This document shows positions 1-8,327 of a stretch of 56,514 nucleotides of DNA, in pieces. Location of the stretch: contig JBIQIB010000011.1 of assembly GCA_044508265.1 (NCBI GenBank), positions 1-56,514 on the forward strand, read 5' to 3'. A program made the translations under genes and the position numbers. Numbering within the stretch: the first letter of the stretch is position 1; each line of letters starts with the position of its first letter. The notes beneath the pieces are model-generated. The model was given only the letters and a program-made list of their open reading frames with translations. It had not been told where the DNA came from and did no database searches. The stretch comes from Acidobacteriota bacterium (GTDB lineage Bacteria; Acidobacteriota; Vicinamibacteria; Vicinamibacterales; Vicinamibacteraceae).

Positions 1-73
1 CTCACCAACGCCATGCACCGAGAGCGCGCCACCCGCGAGGCCGCCGAGGCGCGGGCGCGGGAGCTGGAGGCGG
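1..73 (+). repeat. copy 1 of a 73-bp direct repeat (partner at 56211-56283)
   Basis: Bases 1-55 are identical to 56211-56265. There is one mismatch at base 56 (C versus T), then bases 57-73 are identical. The sequences diverge completely after that. Confidence 0.95.
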
Positions 74-303
74 CGCTGAACGACGCGCTTGCCGAGATGG
101 AGGAGCGTGCCATCGCTGCCGAGATGCGGGCGAAGGAGGCCAACAGCGGCCGCATTCTGCACGCCGTGACCAAGGCTTACCTCACAGCCCGCTCGAAGGG
201 CGAACCGACCGTTCTGCTGGTCGACCGGCTGGCTCATGAGGTGTGGCGTCACGAGCTGGTCATCAAGAACGTCCGGAAGGCGGAAGAGGTGGACGATGAC
301 TAA
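1..303 (+). CDS. hypothetical coiled-coil protein; the frame is open from base 1, so it is probably 5'-truncated by the window edge (first ATG at 13)
   Basis: Frame-1 ORF with G/C-rich third positions, stop TAA 301-303. Residues LTNAMHRERATREAAEAR.RELEA recur in-frame in the ORF at 55989-56514. Confidence 0.6.
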   Translation, partial: LTNAMHRERATREAAEARARELEAALNDALAEMEERAIAAEMRAKEANSGRILHAVTKAYLTARSKGEPTVLLVDRLAHEVWRHELVIKNVRKAEEVDDD

Positions 304-1141
304 CAGCACCCGCGTAGGAGGGACGCCGTACCGCTTCAACCGTGAGCGCGGCGGCACGCGCCCGATTTCGTTCAGCGACCCGATGACTCTGGCGCTGCTG
401 GCCGGCCACAAGACGCAGACGCGGCGCCTGCGCGGGCTGGGCGGGCTCAACGAGGCGCCTGACGATTGGGCGCTTGACCGCTGGCAGGAGTATCGGGACG
501 GTTCGCTGCGCGCAGTGTTCGATCACGTGGCATCCGGCGAGCCGAACGCGATAGGCATCCGCTGCCCCTACGGCCAACTTGGTGATTTGCTCTACGTGCG
601 CGAGGCGTGGCAGTACGCTGACTGGACCGAGGAGGGCGATCCATTCATCCGCTACCGGGCTGACGGGACGACTCGCCTGCACGACGTGGACATGGTCCCC
701 GAGGAGTGGAGCGACCGCCTCACGAGCATCTGGGCAGAGCTATCGAGCCCGGACAATCTCCGTGCGACGGATGGCCTTGCGGCTGACCGTCGCTGGCGGC
801 CGTCCATCCACATGCCGCGCTGGGCCTCACGCATCGCGCTGGAGATCACGGACGTGCGCGTGGAGCGGCTGCACGCGATTACCGAGGCGGATGCGATAGC
901 GGAGGGCGTCATGGACGGTGGTTGCCTGACGTGCGGCAATAGTAGCCACCCTGCACCCTGCGGATGCAGCGACCCGAGGCCCGACTATCGGGACGCATTC
1001 GTGCGCCTGTGGGACTCCATCAACGGCAAGCGCGAGGGGTGCCGGTGGGCGGATAATCCGTGGCTGTGGTGCCTCACGTTCCGGTGCGACAACTACGTCA
1101 CGCGTGAGGCGCGCGCGTGGGAGGTGGCTCATGGCGCCTAA
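296..1141 (+). CDS. ASCH/PUA-like domain protein (function tentative)
   Basis: ATG 296 overlaps the upstream stop and follows GGAAGAGGTGG. ISFSDPMTLALLAGHKTQTRR resembles the ASCH G-x-K-x-x-E/T-x-R motif. The track ORF starts at 236, but that part overlaps the previous gene. Confidence 0.6.
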   Translation: MTNSTRVGGTPYRFNRERGGTRPISFSDPMTLALLAGHKTQTRRLRGLGGLNEAPDDWALDRWQEYRDGSLRAVFDHVASGEPNAIGIRCPYGQLGDLLYVREAWQYADWTEEGDPFIRYRADGTTRLHDVDMVPEEWSDRLTSIWAELSSPDNLRATDGLAADRRWRPSIHMPRWASRIALEITDVRVERLHAITEADAIAEGVMDGGCLTCGNSSHPAPCGCSDPRPDYRDAFVRLWDSINGKREGCRWADNPWLWCLTFRCDNYVTREARAWEVAHGA

Positions 1142-1550
1142 CGCAGCGCAGGCGTCCGGCCGCGGCACGCCGTACCGATACAACCGGCAGCGCGGCGTGT
1201 GGCAGTTCTGGCCGCGCAACGGCGACGGCTGGCGCGACTCGACGCACGAGCACCGGCACGACCCGACGCGCGGCCCGCTGGACCCCGACGAGCGCGCCTA
1301 CTTCGGCGCGCCGGTCATCATCGGCGACGACGAGCCTGTGCCTGACGAGTACCTAGACGGCCGCTTACTGCAGGCCGTGGACCCGCACGCCGAGCCGACG
1401 CTGGCCGAGGTGGACCGCCTGACGCGTGAGGCGCTGCTGGACGCAATGCCCGACGTGGACCGCGACACGACGCTATACACGCACGAACTCGCGCAACTGC
1501 TGGCCGCGCGCTACGCGCGCGATTTCGCAAACCATCATGGGGAGGTATGA
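1131..1550 (+). CDS. hypothetical protein
   Basis: ATG 1131 lies 4 nt after GGGAGGTGG and overlaps the upstream TAA. Its N-terminal GTPYRYNRQRG is shared with the preceding gene (GTPYRFNRERG). Confidence 0.65.
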   Translation: MAPNAAQASGRGTPYRYNRQRGVWQFWPRNGDGWRDSTHEHRHDPTRGPLDPDERAYFGAPVIIGDDEPVPDEYLDGRLLQAVDPHAEPTLAEVDRLTREALLDAMPDVDRDTTLYTHELAQLLAARYARDFANHHGEV

Positions 1551-1554
1551 CGAC

Positions 1555-2004
1555 ATGGCACGCAATCGTAAGGCAGTTGCGGCGCCGACGAGGGACGAGG
1601 GCTTCAAGCCGGAGCGGGTCGGGACGGGCGAGCGCCGGTGGTACACCGCCACGCTGCGCGTCCTGAACGACCTGCACCTGCCGGCCGCCATGGACCGCGA
1701 CGCGGAATGGGAGGCCATACAGGCGGCGCGTGAGACGATCCCGACCGGGCCGCCGAAGCTGCCGCCTGACGAGCAGGCGCGGGTGGTGCACGAGAAGCGA
1801 AACGACCCGATCCCGTTCGGCTACATCCCGCAGGAAACGTGGGACAAGGCGGTCAGGACATGGCGTCACGAGCGCGACCGCATCCGCGAGTGGAACGGCA
1901 TGGTCGCGCGTGAGGCGGTGCCGTCGTCCGCTCCGCCGCTCATCCCTGACGAGGCGCCGGTGCGCAAGCGTCGTGAGGCAGCGGGCAAGCGAGGTGCGGC
2001 ATGA
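1555..2004 (+). CDS. hypothetical protein
   Basis: ATG 1555 lies 8 nt after GGAGGT (1541-1546). The earlier part of track ORF 1426-2004 overlaps gene 1131-1550 out of frame. Confidence 0.65.
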   Translation: MARNRKAVAAPTRDEGFKPERVGTGERRWYTATLRVLNDLHLPAAMDRDAEWEAIQAARETIPTGPPKLPPDEQARVVHEKRNDPIPFGYIPQETWDKAVRTWRHERDRIREWNGMVAREAVPSSAPPLIPDEAPVRKRREAAGKRGAA

Positions 2005-2336
2005 CGGCCTCACGCAACCCGCTCGACGTACTAGTCGACGACCTGACGGTGATGACGGCCAACGCGGCCGACGAGGTGGCCCGCGCGCAAGGCAGCCTAA
2101 CGAGGGCGGAGTCGGCCTTGGACGCAGCCGAGGCGCGGCACGCCGCCATGCTCGCTGCGCTCGACCGCGCCGTTAGTGCGCGCGAGCAGGCGAGGAACCC
2201 GACGCGTGAGGCGCCTGACGAGTCGCCGGTGGTAGCTGTCGGCAACGAGCCGCACATAGTGGCGCCGCTCGGCGTCAGGCCGGAGCACCTGCGCGACCTC
2301 GCGCTAGGCAAGCGCGGGCGTAGTGCGCACGACTAG
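2001..2336 (+). CDS. hypothetical coiled-coil protein
   Basis: ATGA start/stop overlap with the upstream gene; Ala/Glu/Arg-rich helical sequence. Confidence 0.6.
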   Translation: MTASRNPLDVLVDDLTVMTANAADEVARAQGSLTRAESALDAAEARHAAMLAALDRAVSAREQARNPTREAPDESPVVAVGNEPHIVAPLGVRPEHLRDLALGKRGRSAHD

Positions 2337-2424
2337 GGTGGTGGGGCGGTGAGGAGCAGGACACGGCGCCGGCCGATGTAGTGCCGGCCCGCGACATATG
2401 CCTGACGAAGGACCGGAGGTAACG

Positions 2425-3195
2425 ATGTCAGTATCAGGACGGAAGGCACAGCAAGGGGCGGGCGTGAGGATCGGGCCGGACTCACCGCTGCACGATCGCG
2501 AGGTGAGGCGCGCCGTGCTGAGCGAGGTGGTGCCTAGCGAGTTCGAGATTCAGCGTGAGCTAGTGGCGGTCTTGGTCGGCGACGCTAGGCGAGGGGAGCA
2601 GTTCCAGCCGGGTGCCGGGATGACGGACCGATTCCCCGACCTGATGCTGCTGCATGCCGTGCCTAACGGCGGCGTGAGGCACAAGAGCGCGGCCGGTCGC
2701 GCGAAGGCCGAGGGCGCGAATGCGTCGATCCCCGACCTGATGTTGCCCGTGCCGCGCGGGCCGTTCGTGGGCCTCGCGGTCGAGTGCAAGCGCCCGGGCG
2801 CGTACCCGACGAAGGGGCAGCGTCTGACGCACGATCGCCTGCGCGAGCATGGGTGGCTCGTCTGCATCGTCGACGCCGTGAGTGCGGGCGTGAGGCTGTA
2901 CGTCGACTACCTGACGTTAGGCCGCGTGCCTGACGACGAGGTGCCGCTGCTGTCCTTCGCGGCCGCGTGCGACGCGTGGCGCGAGCGGATCATCGCCGCG
3001 TGCGCGAAGCCGACGAAGCGCGCCGAGGAGGTCGAGGACGAGGCGCGCCGGGCGCTCAACCGCGTGGTCACGGACATGATGACAGGCCGGGGCGAGACGA
3101 TCCGCGCCGCGCGTCGTCGCCTCACGGAGCGCCTGACGCCTGAGCGCACACCGCTGCCGCCGGTCGTTAGGGCATTAGGCAGCAAGTCGGGATAA
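2425..3195 (+). CDS. VRR-NUC domain nuclease
   Basis: PDLMLL...IPDLMLPVPRGPFVGLAVECKRPG...TKGQRLTHDRLREHGWLVCIV matches the PD-(D/E)xK VRR-NUC pattern. ATG 2425 follows GGAGG (2415-2419); alternative ATG at 2398. Confidence 0.75.
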   Translation: MSVSGRKAQQGAGVRIGPDSPLHDREVRRAVLSEVVPSEFEIQRELVAVLVGDARRGEQFQPGAGMTDRFPDLMLLHAVPNGGVRHKSAAGRAKAEGANASIPDLMLPVPRGPFVGLAVECKRPGAYPTKGQRLTHDRLREHGWLVCIVDAVSAGVRLYVDYLTLGRVPDDEVPLLSFAAACDAWRERIIAACAKPTKRAEEVEDEARRALNRVVTDMMTGRGETIRAARRRLTERLTPERTPLPPVVRALGSKSG

Positions 3196-3239
3196 TCGCA
3201 GGTAACCATTCACAACCAGACAGCGCAGGAGAAGGCCGG

Positions 3240-3659
3240 ATGTCGTACCGTGACGAGGACAACGTGAGCGGTGGGGCCGAGGAAAGCGAAGGCATGTTGG
3301 GCGGCGGGTGGGAGCCTGACGACGACGAGGACCGCGACGACGAGGGCGACGTGGCATGGCGGCCGGGCCCGATAGACGTCGATGATGACGACGAGGACGA
3401 CTGCGAGCCTGACGACCCGGACAGCGAGGAAGTGCGCGGCGCGCTGGATGTGCTGCACGCACGCGCGGCGTTGTCGTGCCAAACGTGCCGGTACTGGGCG
3501 CCCGGTGATCTGAGCGGCGAGTGCAGGCGGCGAACGCCATCGGTGGCCGACGAGGACGGCAACGGCTACTGGCCCGTCACCGAGCCTGACGAGTGGTGCG
3601 GCGAGTACGAGCCGGTTACGGAGTTCACGCCACGCGGCGCGGCGCGGTCTAGAGCCTGA
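3240..3659 (+). CDS. highly acidic protein with C-terminal Cys-rich motif
   Basis: The N-terminal half is about 45% Asp/Glu (EPDDDEDRDDEGD, DVDDDDEDDCEPDDPDSEE). The C-terminus has CQTC...C...WCGEY. GGAGAAGG lies upstream. Confidence 0.7.
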   Translation: MSYRDEDNVSGGAEESEGMLGGGWEPDDDEDRDDEGDVAWRPGPIDVDDDDEDDCEPDDPDSEEVRGALDVLHARAALSCQTCRYWAPGDLSGECRRRTPSVADEDGNGYWPVTEPDEWCGEYEPVTEFTPRGAARSRA

Positions 3660-3777
3660 CGAGGCAGCCGTCGCCGACGCTGGCGCACGGCCGCGCAATG
3701 GCGCATTATGTTCGGGTCGGTGCCTCACGCGGGCGCCGGCCCGGACGCACATACTGACCTAACGAGAGGACAGCAAC

Positions 3778-4065
3778 ATGACGGCACGGAAGAATGCAGC
3801 GGCGGCGAAGGTACAGCCGGGCGACAACGCGGTGCTTGACGGCGATCGCTACACGGTCGAGGCGATCAGCGGCAAGATCGCGCGCCTAGTACCGGCGCCC
3901 GGCGCGAAGCACGATAAGGTGACCGAGTGCCGCGCGTCCGAGCTTGTGTTCGACGACGAGGTGACCGGCGCGTGGACGCTGCCCGGTCGCCTGACGAGGG
4001 GCGCACACCCGCGCGGTGCGGTGTCCGTCACCGAGAACGGCCGCACGCGGACGCACCGCAAGTAG
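3778..4065 (+). CDS. hypothetical protein
   Basis: ATG preceded by GAGAGGA; G/C-rich third positions. Confidence 0.65.
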   Translation: MTARKNAAAAKVQPGDNAVLDGDRYTVEAISGKIARLVPAPGAKHDKVTECRASELVFDDEVTGAWTLPGRLTRGAHPRGAVSVTENGRTRTHRK

Positions 4066-4148
4066 GACGCAGCAGGATCACCACCACCTGACATGACCGC
4101 CGGCGTGCGCGCGCGCCTGACGAGAGACAGCCCGCACGGAGGAAGAAA

Positions 4149-4556
4149 GTGCCTAACGCAATCCCGGTAGAGACGAAGCTCGCGGTCATTCAGGCCGCGC
4201 TCAACGCAGGCGGCAGCTATAAGGTCGCGCTGTTCACGTCCGCCTACACGGCGACGACGCCCACCTATGGCACGACGAACGAGGTAACCGGCGACGGTTA
4301 CACGGCCGGCGGCAAGGACTTGACGGGCGTCACCACCACGTCGTCAGGCACTACGGCCTTTGCCGACGCGGCCGACGTGGCGTGGGAGGATGCCACGATA
4401 ACCGGCGCTCGTTATGCCGTGATCTACGACACGGCGAACAGCAACCGCGTGGTCGCCGCCTACGACTTCGGCGCCGATCAGTCGGTCGTGAACGGCACCC
4501 TCACGGTCATCTGGCCGGCGGCCGACGCGGCGAACGCGATGCTGCGCCTCAACTGA
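4149..4556 (+). CDS. hypothetical beta-rich protein, possibly virion-associated
   Basis: GTG start 8 nt after GGAGGAAG. The sequence is Thr/Gly/Ala-rich and lies immediately upstream of the repeat-containing 788-aa protein. Confidence 0.65.
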   Translation: MPNAIPVETKLAVIQAALNAGGSYKVALFTSAYTATTPTYGTTNEVTGDGYTAGGKDLTGVTTTSSGTTAFADAADVAWEDATITGARYAVIYDTANSNRVVAAYDFGADQSVVNGTLTVIWPAADAANAMLRLN

Positions 4557-4606
4557 CGCAGCGACGTGAGGCGCCTAACGCCTGACGACGGGAGGGGCTA
4601 GCTCCG

Positions 4607-6973
4607 ATGGCCGCTCCCGTCATCGTGCAGCAGAAGGCCACGGACGACGGGGTGAGCACCGATACCCTGTCGGTCACGCTCGACGCGCCCGTCAGCGCCG
4701 GCAACATGCTCGTTGCCGTCGTGCAGAAATCGTCCGGCGGCGCGCGCGGCTACCGCGTCACCGACGACCGGGGCAACGCGTGGGCCACCGCCATGTATGG
4801 CGACCACAGCTCGGAGCGCCGGGCGGCGATCTACTACGCGCCTAACGCGTCGTCAGGCACGACGCAGGTGACCGTGACGCTGCCGTCGGCGGCCGGTAGC
4901 ATGAGCCTCGCGGTGTTCGAGGTGAGCGGGGCCGACGCCGTGCGCCCGCTAGCCGCTGCCGCCACGTGGGCGCACGACGACACGCAGACGACGCACCCGG
5001 TCGCGCCGCCGGCCGGGGTCGAGGTGCCGCCCGAGAGTCTCGTCATGCTCGCCGGCGCCACGAACGGGAGTAACAGCACCCTGACGCCGCCGTCAGGTTA
5101 CACGACGGTCTACAGCGGCCTAACGAACGCCGGGCGCTTCCCCGTCATGGTGCACGCGACCGAGGTCGCGCTGCACGAGCACCGCCCGGCGTGGGGCACG
5201 TCGACCGCGCGCGGCGCAGGTTCGGTTGTCGTGGCGTTCACCACCACGGCCGGCACGCTGGCGCCCGAGTACGGCCCGCCGCCTCACGTGCTGATGGTCT
5301 CATCGAACGCCGGGCCGAGCAATTCGGACGACCTGAGATGGCGCGACCTGATCGTACGCGACGGCCTGCGCCTCACGATCGTAGACGACGATGCGCCCGA
5401 GGTTGACGTTGGGGCCGAGGACGTCGACGTGGTCCTCCTCGGCAACACGGTGGACACGGACTCGTTAGGCACTAAGTACGTGGATGCGAACGCCGGCGTG
5501 CTGACCCTCAAGCGCCACACGTGGCCGGTATTCGGCCTGACGACCGAACCGGGCACGGCGCTCGCGGAGGTGACGGCCGGCACGGTAGTGGACACGAACG
5601 AGTCGGCCGGCGCCGACGGCGCACTGACAGGCACGCCGCGCGGGGCGATCACCATGTACGACGTAGCGTGTTGGGCGAACTACGTGCCTGACGCCGTGCG
5701 CGCGTCGGGCAGCGTGCCGCTCGTCAGGCCGTCGGCCGCAGACTCGGCGACATGGGCCAGCGAGTGCTACGCGTTCGCCGTCCTTGCAGGCGGGGCGCGC
5801 ACCGGCACGCTAGGCAGTGCGCCGCACCGGCGCGTCGCACTGACGAGCGAGTCCGCGTCGGACGCGGTGCAGCATCACACGGCCGCGATGGACGGCCTCG
5901 CGCTAGGCATCCTGCGCTGGCTCGCCGAGGGGCCGGAGCCGCAGGAGGAGGAGGCGACACCTGAGGGCGTCGCGCTCACCCTAGCGACAGGCACGGCGAC
6001 GGCGGCCGTGGCCACCTCGCGTGAGGCGACACCTGAGGGCGTCGCACTCACCATGTCGTCAGGCACGGCGACGGCAGCCGTGGCCACCTCGCGTGAGGCG
6101 ACACCTGAGGGCGTAGCACTCACCCTAGCGACAGGCACGGCGACGGCGCAGGTCACGCAGTCGCGTGAGGCAGCGACCGAGGGCGTCGCACTCACCCTCG
6201 GCACGGGCACCGCCACGGTGACGACGCGCGCTGACCGGGAGGCGACGACCGAGGGCGTGGGGCTCACCCTAGGCACCGGGGCAGCGGCAGCGGCCGTGGT
6301 TCAGTCGCGCACGGCGACGCCGGCCGGCGAAGGGCTCACGCTTGCGCTAGGATCGCCCACAACCGGCGTTCGGGCCGACAGGTGGGTCGAGGTATTGGGA
6401 ACGGCCCTCACCGCGTCAGCGGGCGACGTAGCGGCCGAGGTCGCCACCTCGCGCGAGGCTGCGCCCGAGGGCGTGGGACTCAGCCTAGGCACGGGCACGG
6501 CGGCGGCCGAGGTGGTGCAGGACGCGTCGCCCGAGCCCGAGGGCGTGGCACTCGACCTGTCGGCCGGCACGCCCGGCGTCACGACCACGGCGGGCGCGAC
6601 GGTGGCCCCGTCCGGGGCGGCGCTCACCCTGTCGTCAGGCACGGCGGCGGCGCACGGTGCGCAGTCGCGTGAGGCGCTTCCTGACGGCCTCGCGCTCACC
6701 CTCACGGCCGGCGACGCGACGACGGCGACGCAGGAGCGCACCGACGCGGTGGTCATCGGCGCCCCGCTCACGCTATCGTTAGGCGAGGCGCAGGCGCTCG
6801 TCGCGCAGTCAGCGGTGGCCGTGGTCGTGGGGCAGGCCATGAGCCTGACGACAGGCGCGGCGCACACGTCGGCGGCCGGCCCGGTCGTCACGGGCACGAT
6901 CGCAGCGCGTCGCATGAGCGGCCCGCCCGTCACGGGGCGGCGCCAGAGCGGCCCTTCTACCACTCACGCCTGA
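4607..6973 (+). CDS. large repeat-containing protein (fibre- or surface-like), function unknown
   Basis: 788-aa ORF. The C-terminal half is about 13 tandem copies of a 24-aa unit (ATPEGVALTLATGTATAAVATSRE). Confidence 0.8.
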   Translation: MAAPVIVQQKATDDGVSTDTLSVTLDAPVSAGNMLVAVVQKSSGGARGYRVTDDRGNAWATAMYGDHSSERRAAIYYAPNASSGTTQVTVTLPSAAGSMSLAVFEVSGADAVRPLAAAATWAHDDTQTTHPVAPPAGVEVPPESLVMLAGATNGSNSTLTPPSGYTTVYSGLTNAGRFPVMVHATEVALHEHRPAWGTSTARGAGSVVVAFTTTAGTLAPEYGPPPHVLMVSSNAGPSNSDDLRWRDLIVRDGLRLTIVDDDAPEVDVGAEDVDVVLLGNTVDTDSLGTKYVDANAGVLTLKRHTWPVFGLTTEPGTALAEVTAGTVVDTNESAGADGALTGTPRGAITMYDVACWANYVPDAVRASGSVPLVRPSAADSATWASECYAFAVLAGGARTGTLGSAPHRRVALTSESASDAVQHHTAAMDGLALGILRWLAEGPEPQEEEATPEGVALTLATGTATAAVATSREATPEGVALTMSSGTATAAVATSREATPEGVALTLATGTATAQVTQSREAATEGVALTLGTGTATVTTRADREATTEGVGLTLGTGAAAAAVVQSRTATPAGEGLTLALGSPTTGVRADRWVEVLGTALTASAGDVAAEVATSREAAPEGVGLSLGTGTAAAEVVQDASPEPEGVALDLSAGTPGVTTTAGATVAPSGAALTLSSGTAAAHGAQSREALPDGLALTLTAGDATTATQERTDAVVIGAPLTLSLGEAQALVAQSAVAVVVGQAMSLTTGAAHTSAAGPVVTGTIAARRMSGPPVTGRRQSGPSTTHA
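5954..6890 (+). repeat. about 13 tandem 72-bp (24-codon) repeats inside CDS 4607-6973
   Basis: Units start at 5954, 6026, 6098, 6170 and 6242. The first three are near-identical (GCGACACCTGAGGGCGT...ACCTCGCGTGAG) and later units degenerate. The end coordinate is approximate. Confidence 0.85.
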
Positions 6974-6984
6974 CGACGGGAGCC

Positions 6985-7368
6985 ATGGCAATCACGGACG
7001 GTGCGGTCATCTACCTCGACAACGCGTGGGTCATCCGCGACCACCTGACGCGCCTAGACGACACGGGCACGCGCGAGGTGCCGGCCACGGGGCTCGCCGT
7101 CGAGGGCTGGCTGTCGGCCACGCCGGGCGGCGAGGCGATCGACCCGGCCCTGCGCGTCAGCCTGACGATGCGTGGCACGAAGGGGCGCGCGGCCGTCTAC
7201 GCGTCCGAGCCGATCGACGAGGCGGTGCTGGCCGCGCACCTGACGAGCTACGCCAACCCGGAGCTATCGCCTAGCGAGCGCGTAGTCTGGGAGGTCACGG
7301 CCACGACCGACGGCGACTACCGCAGCGCGAAGCGCCGGCGCCTCGCGCTGCACCGACCCGGCGCCTGA
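6985..7368 (+). CDS. hypothetical protein
   Basis: ATG 6985 after GGGAG; stop lies within GCCTGACG. Confidence 0.65.
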   Translation: MAITDGAVIYLDNAWVIRDHLTRLDDTGTREVPATGLAVEGWLSATPGGEAIDPALRVSLTMRGTKGRAAVYASEPIDEAVLAAHLTSYANPELSPSERVVWEVTATTDGDYRSAKRRRLALHRPGA

Positions 7369-7433
7369 CGCGAGCGCGTTTCACACGGCCGCATGTTTCA
7401 CGTGGCACAAACCACAACCTGACGACTCAGACG

Positions 7434-8327
7434 ATGCCCGCATCATCGAGAACGAGGAAGCCCGCGAGGAGGAAGACGGCGGCGGCCGAACCGGCACGCC
7501 GGCGCCTGACGATCGAGAACGTGCCTATCGAGCGGCTGGTGCCTGCGGCGTACAACCCGCGCACCATGAGTGACGAGGCGCGCGCGAAGCTGAAGCGCGG
7601 CATCGAGCGTTTCGGCCTCGTGGACCCGATCATCGTCAGGCGATCGGACAACCTCGTCGTAGGCGGCCACCAGCGCCTGCAGGCCGTGAGCGAGCTAGGG
7701 TGGCCCGACGTGCCCGTCGTGTACCTCGACGACCTAGACGACACCGAGGCGGCGGCGCTTAACGTCCTGCTGAACAACCCGGACGCGCAGGGTGCGTGGG
7801 ACATGGCGAAGCTCGCCGACCTGCTCAGCGAGATGGACGGGCACGGCTTCGACGCGACCCTGACGGGGTTCGACACCGCCGGGCTGGAGGACATCCTAAG
7901 CTGGACGCCCGACGCGCTGCCTGACGACGACAAGGCGCTCGCGGAGAACTACAGCCGCAAGATTCAGCCGCCGGTCTATGAGCCGAAGGCCGACAAGGCG
8001 CCTCGTGAGGCAGACCTGTACGACCGCACGAGGGCCGACACGCTACTCGCGGCGATCGAGCGAGCCGAGAAGAAGCACGCGCTGCCTCGTCAGGTTGCCA
8101 CGTTCCTGCGCGCTGCGGCCGAGCGCCACACGGTGTTCCGCTTCGACCGGATCGCGGAGTATTACGCGCATGCGCCGGCCGAGGTGCAGGCGCTCATGGA
8201 GGACTCCGCGCTCGTTATCATCGACTTCGACCGCGCCGTCGAGCTAGGATATGTGAAGCTCACCGAGGCGATGCTTGCCGAGGCCGGCTACGCGAAGGCA
8301 GCCGAGGAGGGGGACGACGGTGCCTGA
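7434..8327 (+). CDS. ParB-like nuclease-domain (ParB/Srx N-terminal) protein
   Basis: IERLVPAAYNPRTMS...GLVDPIIVR...LVVGGHQRLQA matches the ParB N-terminal domain signature, behind a basic N-terminal tail. Confidence 0.8.
   Translation: MPASSRTRKPARRKTAAAEPARRRLTIENVPIERLVPAAYNPRTMSDEARAKLKRGIERFGLVDPIIVRRSDNLVVGGHQRLQAVSELGWPDVPVVYLDDLDDTEAAALNVLLNNPDAQGAWDMAKLADLLSEMDGHGFDATLTGFDTAGLEDILSWTPDALPDDDKALAENYSRKIQPPVYEPKADKAPREADLYDRTRADTLLAAIERAEKKHALPRQVATFLRAAAERHTVFRFDRIAEYYAHAPAEVQALMEDSALVIIDFDRAVELGYVKLTEAMLAEAGYAKAAEEGDDGA

Noticed and set aside
1-73. Direct terminal repeat (DTR) as physical genome ends
   Set aside because: The second copy is internal (56211-56283), 231 bp from the right end. 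It carries a mismatch and lies in-frame inside coding sequence. This fits a shared protein module or an assembly or permutation junction better than a DTR.
4607-6973. Diversity-generating retroelement targeting the repeat protein or the fibre paralogues
   Set aside because: The window has no reverse transcriptase gene and no template/variable repeat pair with adenine-specific differences.
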